Source: Raillietiella orientalis | Lineage: Eukaryota | DNA length: 64,000 nt | Direction: 5' to 3' | Assembly: GCA_036172245.1 (NCBI GenBank) | Contig: JAYWIR010000002.1 | Span: 2,108,001-2,172,000 of the forward strand | Part shown: positions 13,801 through 26,900 of the stretch, piece after piece | Layout of the letters: each line of letters begins with the position of its first letter | Position numbering within the stretch: the first letter of the stretch is position 1 | The notes under the pieces: model-generated | The model's database searches: none | Told to the model about the DNA's origin: nothing | Seen by the model: the letters and a program-made list of their open reading frames with translations, nothing else | Position numbers and translations under genes: made by a program

Positions 13801-16515
13801 CTTTGTTTACTTCCTCAAATTATTTATTTCTCATCTGATTAATTACAAGAAAAAAGAGGTAACACCTTGACAGGTGAAAGAATAGACTTGAGATCTGATA
13901 GCAAAATGGACCGAAAACTTTCAATAGAAATATTTTAGTTGCTGTGATTTTACATTAAATCTCTACTTTTTTTCATTTATGGGCACTTTTACAATACTTG
14001 TAATTTATAACTTGAACTTCATAATGCATGCACATTTCCTGAGCTGTATTACGCCATACAGTATAAACTGAAAGAATTGGAATTTCTTTTTGAATTCTGA
14101 AATATTCACTCAAAAGTTGTTACATATTTAACTGCTTCCTAATTTAACGAATAATGTAAGAATGAACAGGTCTGCCAGGGAAATACTACTCTGCTAAGAT
14201 AACTGATTTGTGTTAATATTTATCTATTTGAAGTGCAGCAAAGTATAAAATCTTGGAGCTTCTTTAAAAATCCAGTGATTTTGAATGATTATAACTCATA
14301 AGAAGCGTATATTTAAATGGGTGCAAGTACCTCCTTCATAGAAATGTTGATGATTAAATTATTATTCCATCTATACAAATAATAACAATAATTCATCTCT
14401 TCACTTCCCTATACAGTTGGAATGAACAGCTTGTTCATGGAAATTATAGTGCCAGATCCATTCCGCAGCAAATTTGAAAGACCTACTTCAGATAAATAAA
14501 AAAATTACCAATACATACACAACTATATACATGTAGGAATTAGAAATGACAACTTATTTGAAATTAAACATATGGCTGAATGTAATTTGATGAATTGCAC
14601 GTTTTTGGAAGAAAAAATCATGCACGATAAGACTTAAAAAAATAGTGAAATCTTTAATAAAACTCAACTTCATCAAGTTACGAGATCAAAATTTAAAGCA
14701 CATTTTTCAGACTTTCATAGATGGAGACTGCCTCTTAAATGGAGATTTAGAATCACAAGTGCTGTAACTTAATAATATTGTCAGTCCTTTCTTGAAAAAA
14801 AAGTTTTATTTAGGAATCATACAGGGTAATTTTATTAAGAAAGTGTACATCAGACCTAAGGCATCTCAATTTCTCAAACTCATTGCATTTTAAATGCTTG
14901 GTCATCACTGATAACTCTGCATGTGCAAAACCATGTTCTTATATTCAGGATGTTTTACTAAATCTTGTCTTTACTGATGTGAGTCATTGATATGTGAATT
15001 TTATACTATGTATACACACTACTTATGATGTATGCATTTACTAGTTATTCTAAAAGACTGCATTCTTCCAATGCAGTAACCACTTAAACCTTGACTTTTT
15101 GTAACCTTTGAATATTCAGTTTTCCTTCTGTATATGTACAGCATACTATTTATCTGGAAGATTCCACTGCATCCTAATTAAAAGGTACCAGAAGGTACCT
15201 TGAAATTAATGGTCCTAAGGCATAGTCCTATAAAAGTTCATCTTCTCTAGACATTTAAGTACACCAATATTCAACTTTCTATGATAATGAGCTAGAAAAC
15301 TACAAAATGAATTATTGATCTAAACGCTTTGATGATCAGCTGTCAATGAAAATAAATACAAAAATTGTATAGATGTTCAATTTCTTTGGATGGCTTTTTT
15401 ATGAGCATTTACTATCCTTTTACTAATAAAATTCCTTTAAGTCCTATTTCTCCAAAATACTCAAAATTATTTGACCTGAAACAAGTTTTTAGTATTCCCT
15501 TCCAATAATGTGGGCCTCTAATCATTGATCGTTACACACACTTGCTTGCACAAACAACTTATAACAAACACCACTGCTAGGCTGCCTGATGAAAAAGGAT
15601 GTGAACCAATGTTCAACTGATACTAATTTCAAATAATAATAACAATGATTACCACGGCTGCTGTTACAAATTTTGCACCTCTCATGAAACATTATTGCTT
15701 TCAGAAAAGAAGTCAGTCTTTTAATATCCGTTGCATTCAATCAGCTACACAACTACTCTACAATCAACAGCCACATATTAATAGACAAGGAAAAATTCAA
15801 GCTTTCTCTCTTACTACAAAATAAACCAATATTAACATGTGCATGTAAACACATATCTGATGTTGTATGCAAATTCATAACTTAATTGATTTACTTTATT
15901 TGCCCAAAAATAAACCTTCAATTATAGAAATGAAAATTTATAAAAAGGAGAACAACTTGGCAACTAGTAAGAAGTGAGAATGCACAGAAAACGGAAAACT
16001 AAATTTAATTAATTAATTAGGAAAAAATTGATCGCAGAATTAAGTTGCATCGTCACGAATTTATGCTAAGCAAGCTCATAGATTTTTGATACTTCAGTTG
16101 CAAGTCAAGCAATGATCCATGCAGGCAGCGATCTAATGCAAATTCAAACTACCTCAAGAATTTCATCATATGAAGAAATTTTGTTATGCAAACTGGTTAT
16201 ATTCTGGCTTTCTTTAATGTAGTCTTTGACAGAAGCATTTTCTACCTGAAAATCATGGAACTGGGATTGAAATTTCTAATGTACATTCACATGCATTAAC
16301 AATGATTTTAGTCAGTACCAAAAAAATTACAAATGAATTGCACAACTTAAATATTAAAAACTTCAAAATAGAATATGAAAATTTCTGCAAATTACCTCCT
16401 TGAGTTTCTTTTCAATTTGCTTCGAATACTCTCTCAAGTCGGATTCTTTGTTTAATACTTCTTGAACAATATCATTTTCTATTAAACAAAAATTTTCTGG
16501 TACTTCAGCATCCAT
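10849..16515 (-). CDS. VPS52: Vacuolar protein sorting 52 (GARP/EARP subunit), ~660 aa; exons 16515-16396, 16245-16153, 12938-12763, 12716-12619, 12571-12285, 12241-12059, 12015-11860, 11818-11366, 11317-11158, 11105-10849
   Basis: Recognisable VPS52 segments: DLREYSKQIE, FQSDLGSISHEIQ, RKPMTNYHIPQ, DTRPHYISRRYAEF, VFLINNYDMML, FPNFRNG. Ten GT-AG exons sum to 1983 nt in one open frame. Confidence 0.93.
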
Positions 16516-19500
16516 CCTATTCCTAAAAAAATGAGATACATTTAGAAACTTTACGCAAAAAAACCTTTGTTTTAGGCACAACGAAAGCTGATTAAAGTAT
16601 TCGAATTCTTATTTCTTCCTTACAAAGAACAATTACTCACAAGAGTGCACAGAAAATTTATATTTCTTCAATCTTCATAGTTTTATGTTGAAAAGTTGCA
16701 ACACATATCACACAGGAAGCAAACATTACTCACACCCTTGCTCACAACAAGATTCTGCTCATCACGGTGTGAACGTATGTTTTCGCACCAGTTGTAGTCA
16801 CATATCCCAACATATTTGTCAATTAACCACTCACACACCATTAACACCTGCAAACTCACATATACGTTCCTTGGCAACCCTGCGCTCGATTCTCGTTACC
16901 TTTTTTTAAAGTGGATAATTTGAGTAGGACCGAAAAGGTCTGCAACGCATAACTGCAAAGACTGATAACAGAAAAATAGAAATTAAACATAAGCATTAGT
17001 TATTTTTTCTTGGAAAATATACCAAAAACTTGGAAAGTTTTTATTTCTGGGTTTGATGTTTTTTTCTTCCCCTGTGAACACTTTTTGGTGATCATTGAAA
17101 AGGAATCCGAATACGTTCTGCAAATATCGGCACTTTTCAGAAAGCATTTGGATCTTCTAAAAGCGGAAGAATTTCTAAACCATCATGCTTAGTGACTTAA
17201 TCTATTACTTCAACAATTTGCAGTTTCCTCCTAAAGCGATGCTATTGGAAACGAAACGATTTTTTTTTAAACAAAAATAGATCAAATTAGTACGGTTGTT
17301 TTATCAACAAGGATCCGCAAATAACATTACGGTAATTCTTTGCAAGCAATCTCTGGGAATTACGTGATGAATATGAAGAAATAAGAGAACTATAGTAAAT
17401 ATCATTCACATGTTCAAACTGTGAATCACAAAGTGTCATCCACGTGAGTTCTCATAATGCTTAGATGGGATAGGGAATACCATTCACACACGAATGACAT
17501 TCGTTATCACCCACACATAACGATATTCACTCTTTCAGGCTTAGTGTGTTTTTAATTTATGCCAATGTTGAAGAGCAGCTGAGCTTTTTCGTTTCCAATG
17601 CATTTTCTACCAAGGGAAAATACATGTCCAGGAAATGAGTCATGCATTTCTTTGTGGATGCATATATGGTTTCATAATGGCGGTCTGCTGGGAAATTCAG
17701 ACAGTCATCTGTGGATCAACCTCAAACGTGAAGCTTCAAAGATCACCACAACTTCAATCCGAAACAGAAAGGGAGCTCCCGAGCTTGTCATTCACTACGT
17801 GCGACTCCAGCCCGACTTGTTTAGAGGTGCCAGAATTATCGTGAAACTATTTGCTGAATACTCTTATATTTTAAATAAATGACATTTTCTAAACATTCGG
17901 CTGAAGGATGAGGGAACCTCTCTACTGAGAAACGGAGCATTTGCAAGAGTCGTCGTGGGTAATCGTTAGCAGATGCAGACACTGCTGTGAAACAGAAGCA
18001 CACCGCAAGGCGTGACCACGTCCGTCTGTCCCTCTCATCCTCGCTTCGCATTTGACCCAAAGATTTATTGGATTCTTGTTGATTACAGAGTGAGCTTACA
18101 GATCAATAGTGCTCATGTGGTTTACTTTCAAAAATCCGTTCGCTTCTAAAGGCATCGCGTTATGGAACTGTAATCATTCATTTTTAAAACATAAACATTC
18201 TTTGAAAAATGGAAGTATTTAAATATTTATTCCAGTAAATTACATTTCAACATTTTGCATATTGCACTTATGCACACTAATACAAATTACATCTATCTTT
18301 TATGTTGCTCTCGTCCTCACAGACTACTGAAATTACAGATGACATTATTTTCGAATTTTTGTGTGTATGATCCTTTTTAAAGCAATGTTTCAGTGACAGC
18401 TTCCAAGCATAGGACACATTGGAAATAGTTATACCTTAGAATATGTAAACGCTTATGAGTTTAAAAGCAGTTCTGGAATTTTCGAGCAAGATTTACATCT
18501 TTTAGACGATTTTTTAAAAAGGTTTCTTCACGTCTCTGTAAACATATCATTACTGACAATGAAGACATTGTCTTTAAGTGATGTACTATTCATATTATGC
18601 AAAAAAGTTAAGTAGCTCTCAGTGACATAATAAGTTCACCACTAGCTTGTGCAGAGAAATTTTCTCTCTGAACTTGAAATGATATTTTGTGATCAGACTT
18701 TTGAGAGCCTTCTTATAAATTATTGATTATGAGTAATTTGTTTTCTATTTACAGTTGATTATTTAACGTTTGGTATCTGTAAGCTTAGTCATACCTTAAA
18801 TCTTCTGGAAGAACTAGCTTCTTAATCTTCAATAAGTTGCTTTGAAAAGAAACCAGGTAGAACTTAATTCTACAATATTAGAAAAGTTCCAAATATTGAT
18901 ATTCAGAAATCCTTCACTACAAGTTCTTTGAAGGTCAAGATTTGAAGTTCCAAATGTAAACAAGATTTAAAGTTCGTTTTGCATGTGTGTGTGTGTGTGT
19001 TTTTATAAAACAGATGTATCCTTCCTCTTGATGTCATTTGAACTCCATCACTTCCCTTTGAGGTTCTCGGCCGTCTCCCAATTCAAGGCACTCGGAGCAT
19101 CTTTAGTCTACGGTCATGTCCTGATCAGATCTGGGACTATCGAAGAGTTAAGGAGCAGCCGCTAAACTTTGTACTTCGCTCCCGTTGGCGGTTTCCGGAA
19201 CGGCGAGGGGCTGCGCCTGAAGACTTAAAAGCTGCAGTCAGCGACGTTGCTGGTTCATCTCCCGAACCGACACTCACGCGCAATGACCAAGAAGATGCTG
19301 CTAATGGAAGCAACACGAATTCCCCTCCATGTTGGCAACCGGATTTCTAGTCGTGCCAAGATGGGTCCTGCATGTAAAACCTCGGGCTATGGTGTATGTC
19401 CCGCCATCTCTATCCCCGCTGCAAGTTCTCTGTAACGGATTCAGGAACCAAATTCTTCCAGTTCTCTAGCGGATGATTCGCCAAATTTTACTGCACTTTT

Positions 19501-19576
19501 ATGGATGCTTCCCTCCGCATACTCTCTTCTTGTCCGCGTTGCCGGCCGCGTGACTGCGGTCTCCGAGAGCGTGGTA

Positions 19577-20235
19577 AATAATAATGAGAGGATGGAAAAG
19601 TTTCTTCAATCAAAGCCCTAAATTACTGCTATGCAGTGTTCTGAATCCCTCCTGGTGTTTAATCACCAAGATAAGGATACTCGGGGTAATGAGTGATTAC
19701 TGAGAAACTGAAATGCCGGGTGCTGTATTCGAAAAGCTCATAAAGAATGGAAACCCAAATTTTTTCTTTTTTTCTACTGAATAATGAAGGTTAAACTTAA
19801 AGCAACGCTGTGCATTTGGCTGCAAGTGCTTAAGCGAGCCCCACTTTCAAAAGGGAATGCATTGGATGGACAGTCCAAAGCAGCCTTGGTGGCCGCTGCA
19901 CAAAGTGGTGTGATGTTGCTGAGGAGATGCAAGGAACACTTGCACCGTTTGTGTCGGATAAAATTCTACATTTGCAATTCTCATCAAAGTTTCGTAAATA
20001 CTCATTCTTCGGTTTGCTGAAGTTTTCTGCTTTTGATGTTTTGGACCTTGAGTGCTCAAACTGCGATTGCCCCATATATAGAGTAGTAGGCATGTCGAAA
20101 GTTATTGTACCGAAAACTTCCCTTTGACCTCTAAATCTCAGTTAATATTAATATGGGTTAGCATATTTTTACTTTGAACATTTGTGTAATGATAATGATG
20201 CTTCTGTTTAAACAGACACCATTCGTGTTCGAGCT
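19577..20235 (+). repeat. Dispersed direct repeat 'U', copy 1 (homologous to 38194-38855; its first ~100 nt also at 28926-29024)
   Basis: Near-identical to 38194-38675 (the same 78-aa ORF appears at 19784 and 38401), then visibly more diverged over the last ~180 nt. Confidence 0.9.
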
Positions 20236-23200
20236 CCGTGAGCCCCTCCCCCCCCCCACACACACACACAAGGAGGCGGGAGGTTCTTCCGCACTCAGAG
20301 AACCAAAAAAAATTCTGAAAAGAAAAATAAGGTGGAAGCAAAACTGCGGAACAGAAGAATCCCAATGGACTTCCATCTTCCTTTGGGGGCTCCTTTTTTC
20401 CTCCAGACTTTCGAGAAATGTCAGTGCTGTCTTTTCGTTCCCTTTTCCTCCTGAAGTTCTGAAGCTAGCAAAGGGAAGGTCCTCTCGTTACGGTTTTCAG
20501 TCTTCCTTGCCACTTCCTTCCCTCCAAATTTAGCGACTTCAGACATGTGGCATCTCCATGATGTCGTGATCTCCGCGACGACTCCATCCTTGTCCTCAAG
20601 TTTGGGGTGAGACTGAGGAAGGCGACTGGATTCAAGCCGACCTCTCTATTGGCCGAAGGGCGTGTCCTGAAAGGGAAGGGAAGAGGCTGCATTCGCGTGC
20701 AGCTCTGCACGCCTGCCGGTGCCCGACGGCAGAAACGTTTGCCACAAACTCCCAACCCGTCCGTCGCCACCTCGCGGCGATCCAGGAAGACCGCTCGCAT
20801 TTGCTAACCTTTGGACAACTGGCAGATTGCAGGGATCTAGCTGGGAAGAAAATTAGTGAAAGGTGCTGCAGTTCCTCGTATTCCCTACAAGGGGATAAGA
20901 GGAAACTGGGCCTGTGTACCAAATCGTGCTCTTCCTTGTTTGCAACTGTGCTCAGAGCCTTAATAGCCTTACTATCAAAGTCATCGGATCCGTCAATCGC
21001 TATTCCGAATTGCATCTTGGGAAGACTCATTTACCAGAAGACTTTGCTAGTGAGTCCCTTCCCCCCATCTTCCTCAAAATAAATAAATAAAGCAGCAGAG
21101 AGGAAAACTGGGAGAGCTGAGCCCTGCGCGCGCAATGGATTGGAATGGTTGTGCGCATGAACTGAAGGAAAAAGCTGAGAAGCAAAAAATACGAAATTGT
21201 TCCCATAAGCAATGGAAAATGAAGGCGTACGATTCACCTAGAAGGTCTCCCTGCTTTTCAAGTGTCAATTGCAAGGAAGCTGTTTCCCCTGAAGAAAAGT
21301 TGCAGTGTCACATCAAGGACGGAAGTATTCGTTTTTCAATTTTTTTTGCTAGCACGTTCTGAACGACACTTTCCCCCCCCCAAAAAAAACAAAAATCACG
21401 CGAATGCTTGTGCACCATTCCTCTTGATTTAAGAGGCCTTCATGTTTTTGCGAATAAATGGGTCTTACTTAGAAGGTAAGTTATTTCCGATACGAATCAC
21501 CTTCCTGACGGTTTTTCTTGGCGTGGGGAACAGCAAAGCGCCCCGGACCGAGGAAACCATTTCCCTCTTGCTCTGAAAACTCGTGTTCCTTCCTTCCTGA
21601 TCCTCTTCAGGTTTCCGTTCTGTGGAAAGATCATGCACAGGTGGGACGCCTCCACACAACGACGTATCCACAGGAAACGGGAAGAATATCAGGGACCTCG
21701 CCGTCACTCCGCTTGACGTCATTTTTTACTCCCTTCAGTGGCGACATCTCTCGTCAGAAAAGTTAACCAACGTGTTGAGCGTCCTTCGCCAAGTGCAGGA
21801 GGAACAACGTTTTTTGCCTTGCGCTTCTTCTTCTTCTTCTCCTTCCATCACAAGCTCTTCAGTTTTATCCGTATTGGCGCAGTACCGACCAACATGAAGG
21901 ACAATACACAACTTGGTGTATTCGCAACCCTTGATGTTTATAGATGTGCCGTGTATTGGAACACGCAAGCTTGCCCGTCCCTTGCGCCGGTGAGGCTTGC
22001 TATTGCACGGAAGAGTTGTGCACAGATGTGAAAGAGTGATACACGCCTAAGAACTGAATAGGAAATGCTGTAGTATGTTCGGCAGCCTCGAAAAAGATGG
22101 GTAAATCTACATGCTATGCATGTCAGTATGCGTACGGAACCGAACCCAGCCAAAAAGGCAAAAGTGTTCAGCGAAACGGAAGTAAGCACAAACAGCACAA
22201 GAAGAAGCAAGCGGATGAAAAAACGTTGAAATTTAGTGAGCATCGAAATGTGGTCGGTGAAGGATCCACTCTAAGCGGTGGTTCAAAATCTTGGAATGAC
22301 TGTTCCCATGAAAGATACTTTCATTATCTGTTGGATCACGATAAGAACGTAAGCATCTCACTGCAAAAGCACTTGCGAGGGCTCGTTGTAATTTGTGATC
22401 TTGTCGAGAAGCTGAAGGACTTCTATGTAATCAATTGATCACAATGCTTTGCCTTTAAAATTGCACAGGCAGGTAAATCAAGAATCGCTCAGCATCTGTC
22501 TCATTCCTTAACGAAGTGGTGCCAGGCTAAAAAGCATTCATAAATGCAAATACATTGATACTAATCTTAAGTATTTCCAGTTGTATAATATGTATTTCTT
22601 TCAGGAGTTGTACCATATGAAAACAGTAGCAAAACGTTAATGAACCGCTAACAATCAATTATTGTACTGGTGCTTTTATAAAACATTTATGGATGCTTCA
22701 AATGAATTTTGCACTGTTTAAATCATTTCCAACTCCTAACCTAATATATAAATGATATAAGTTTTTGCAGCATTATGTAATTTTATACGTTCAGAGAAAG
22801 TGACTGAATTCTTATTTTGAAACTGAATACTAATCCGTGACGATTAGCTATACAAATTTTGAACCATCCGCAATCATTGCTATTATTTGTGAAGCAGCCT
22901 TGAGAAAAACCTCGTTTGCACCAGAATTATGTAGTCAGATGCTCTGAAAAAAACGTTCCACATTTTGCGGTGTAATTCGTGTAAATAATCGAACCTCTAA
23001 TTGCTTGGTTTTAAGCGCAAGAGTTCTTTGCAATCAGATAACTTATGCCTTACCAGAACGTCATGGCAAGATTCAGCACGAGATAATAAACCAAGAGTTG
23101 TGCATTTTTCCGAGGCTAAGGAACCACCTCATTTACTTTCGCTGCCTTATTTGCATCGTAGCAACATGCAGTTTATCTCGGGTTTTGGTGATGCAACGTC

Positions 23201-23952
23201 ATAATGCAGCGATATTTTTCGAATGCATATACTCGTTGAAGATGGCAGCCAAAAATGGTCTTAAGAGATTTTCTCTTTTTCAGAGAAAATTTTTTTTTGC
23301 GGACGATTTCATTCCGTGAAAGGCTCATATCTGCCATCTGTTGCAAAGGTTTATTTTTCAGGAACGCACTTCATACATGCTTGCGAAAGCAGTCACGAGT
23401 GCAGGCATCCGAATATCGAAAACTAAATTTGAGGTGAGCATCCTTAGTGTGCCACTACAGATTTTTGACATGCTCTCTGCCGTTTCCAGGAATTATGTCG
23501 GTTTCGTGAGCAAAATTACGATATATGTCATGCGACCATGAGAAGAGATAAGACTGGCCGTACGATCGAGTATGTCATTTGATCCCTTTTACTGACCTTT
23601 AGCTGAAACCTACTCCTTCCCAGGATCCGATGCTTGCCTTTCCACTTACCAGTTGTCCTTATTTCTTGACCTTCATGCATGGCATGTCATACAACCTGCA
23701 ACGCCTCAGGTAGACCATGTGAATAACTGGAAGGCAGTCACCCTCCCAAATGACTGTTGTACGTCGCCGACATTCCTGAAATGATTTCCTCCGAATATAT
23801 TCCAGAAAATAAAAAAAAAAACAAATCAGCGAGCGGTAAAGTCGATTCACTGATGAGAATCATGGTATACCCCAGGCGCGCTATGTCTATTTTTACCGGT
23901 TTTTATCCATGAACCGGTTTGTTGTATATGCGTAGTATCGTGTATATCTTTA

Positions 23953-26900
23953 TTCCTCTTGATTTCTGAGTTTGCTTTGGTGGGAAACACAACCTCCTCT
24001 TAAAAACTCCATCTTTTGACTTTGTGCTTAGGATGCCACTCGCAAAAAGCGAGTTGTGATTCCAAAGAGGGCAGACGGATTCAGCAGGTTTTGTTTCCAG
24101 TGGATATGGTTTCAGAAGTTCGGAAGATCGAGATTTGCAGGAAGGTTCAGATTTCGCTCTTGGTAGCGTAGAGCCAAAGAAACAGATCTTGCAGGCGAGA
24201 TGGTGTGCAGGGAAAGAGCACTGGTGATGGGTTCTTGGTAGCATAGGTGAGGGAAAGCAAGGACCACGGACAAGATAGCCATTGGTCTCCACAAAGAGTA
24301 ACCTTAAGGCCTGGCGTTCGAACATGGATAGCTCGTATCTCAAGTTCCTTCATAACATTTCCAAGCACACAGCAATGGACGTAAGAAAGCCATTTTCAAC
24401 ATTTGCCTTTCTCGTTCATACTCTTCCGCTGCAGATGCCCACGTCGAGTTCCAAAAACGTATTCAGCTCCTACAGTGACCTCTTAGAACACTACTTGATT
24501 CTGACGCCACCAAAGACACAACACGCAAGTTGTTGTCGTCCAGAAAGTGCCAATTTTGTGGCTACGATCCTTTTCTTTTTTTTTTTCCAGGTTACAATCC
24601 ATATAAGAATTAAGATGTAATCAGGATCCGATCTATGGTTCGCAGCTCTTTGGGAGAGTGACTCCAAAGCATCGAAGACAGAAGGGCTCTTATACAGAAG
24701 TGTGAATGAAGCGTTTGCAGTGTCCAAACCTGGAACAGCGATTTCCCGTTAAATTTCCATAATACTCTGCCCTGCATTTCTGCACCTCGAAGGTGTCTGT
24801 CCCATGTTATGGAACGGCCAGCAATTTGTAAAACTTTCTCGCCTATGCAGTTGCCGAGGGTTCCTTTTTTTCGAGGAAGCGTTGCTGCAGGCAGTTCTTG
24901 CGGCCTTTGAAAATCAGACTTCTGCAAAAAACAGTACTTCCGATTGGGGTACCGAACAAAAACGTGCCCGAAGGCAGCAGGCATGTTGGAATCGAATGCG
25001 CGAAGTACCAAAATTCCATCCCTTATTCTTCCATCTACTGCTAAGGTTTTTTGAAACGAAAGCCCAATTCCAAATGAAGCAGTTTTGCGTTAGTTTTTGG
25101 ACGAATCTTTCACGAGGCGTTTTTTGCATATTTCCATTCAGCATGCCTTCCGCATCTTCAAATTACAATGACAGTACCACCTAGCAAAACCAATGCTCCC
25201 CGGAACCTTCACGTCTGCTTCATTCCAAGTGATGGAACATTTCCGGTAACTTTGCCAATCCAAACCCTTGGCAAACCGTTCAAGCCATTCGTGGGTAACT
25301 ACTTAACCATGGTAATGACCATCAGATGCGAACAATCGCTGACTTAAAATTTTTTACTATGGTATCGCCCATGACTCCATTAACCAAAGGTCCGTGGTCG
25401 AAAGCAGATTTGAAATGTTTTTTTGGCCATTTGCAACCTTTCCTGCATCAGTTTCTTGAACACCTTATACCGATGAATTGCCATCAAAAAACAGAGATTC
25501 CCAGGATAAAGGATCCCTGAAGCAGCTACTAATTCCAAAACATCAACACCTTTCTGTTCAGTTTGTGGTTGATCTCTCAACCATCATCAGATAGGTGCCA
25601 GAACAGCTGAACACAGGGAAACCAAGTTCAACGAACTATAGGTTTTAGTACAAAGAATGAATGAAAATCACTGACTGACTAACCCACTTTCAAGTTTGGG
25701 GAACCAAGTGCCTCAAATGAATTAAGGGAATTCCGGACTTCCGATGCAAAATTTCCAGCGAGAACAGAAACAAAACTTACATTGCGTTTTACAAGAAAAC
25801 GAACCTCCTACATCTGCTTTCACACACCATTGACTGAACACGAAATTATGGTTTAACATGAAAACATGCTTCATAATCGGGAAGTGTGATGCCAGAAAAA
25901 CGAAAGCACAGCCCAGTTGGAAATCGCGTTTTAAACTCACTTCGCACACACATTACGAACTACCTATAATTCCAATAAAAAAGATCAAACTGAGGAACCG
26001 AACTTGAGATTAAATACATGAACCAAAGGGCTCTGCAAAATCGCAGAGACCTGAATGCAACAGGCATTAAACAAGTCAATCTAGAATCTGTTCAAAAGCC
26101 AAAACCTCCAACTTGGGAATGTGCTGTATGCATGTTTCTGGTCATGTAAATGATAACAACACATGTGCATGAAACACAAATACTTTAAGTCTAGAACATT
26201 GAAAAAATTGGTTGATGAAAAAATTTTCGATTCTAAACACTTTTAATAAGTCAAAATTGAATAAACATTAAACGTAAAAATTCTGTAAGAAATTGACCAT
26301 TGGATTTTTGTTGCAATGGCAACCAGTGAATCATGCCACTGTATCAACAGATACCATATGGAGGCATGTAATCGTAATAAGGATCACTTGACTTGGTTTT
26401 CCCTTTTGACAAAAATTCGCTTGTTTGTGAAGTTCAAGTCTCTTTCTGATGGATACAACATTTTCAACTCTCCTGAAGCATTACGGATTTTCAATGTTTC
26501 CACACAAAAACTCTTGTTCTCTTGACTGTAAAGGTTTGAAGTAGCAATCTCAGCAATTAAGGCATCCATAACTTTGTTACAGGTTCTTTGAGAAATTGCA
26601 CCAGTAATTTCCACAAAGATGTCTTCTGTTTCAGGTGTAATCTAATAAATCACTGCAAATGTTTTCTGTTAACTTCACACTCACCTTTGTAATTTCACTA
26701 CTGGTAATTGGTGGAAGTGAAATGACTTGCTTCTCACTATCCAAAAGAGCTGGCCACAAACAACAATGATTCAAAAGCTTCACATATCTAAACAAAATGC
26801 ATGAAATGGTGCAAAAAAAAAAAGAATTACTTATGAATGCCTGCATGTGTACCCCTCTTCTTTTGTTTGAGCTCACATCTAGCTTTGCATAGCACTTGTG

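Noticed and set aside
19020-19570. Possible retroelement ORF1 fragment (RCSECLELG on the minus strand)
   Set aside because: A single incomplete knuckle-like motif is not enough to call.
24147-24368. KELEIRAIHVRTPG resembling ribosomal protein uS11/S14
   Set aside because: The resemblance is limited to a few residues and the flanking sequence does not continue the match.
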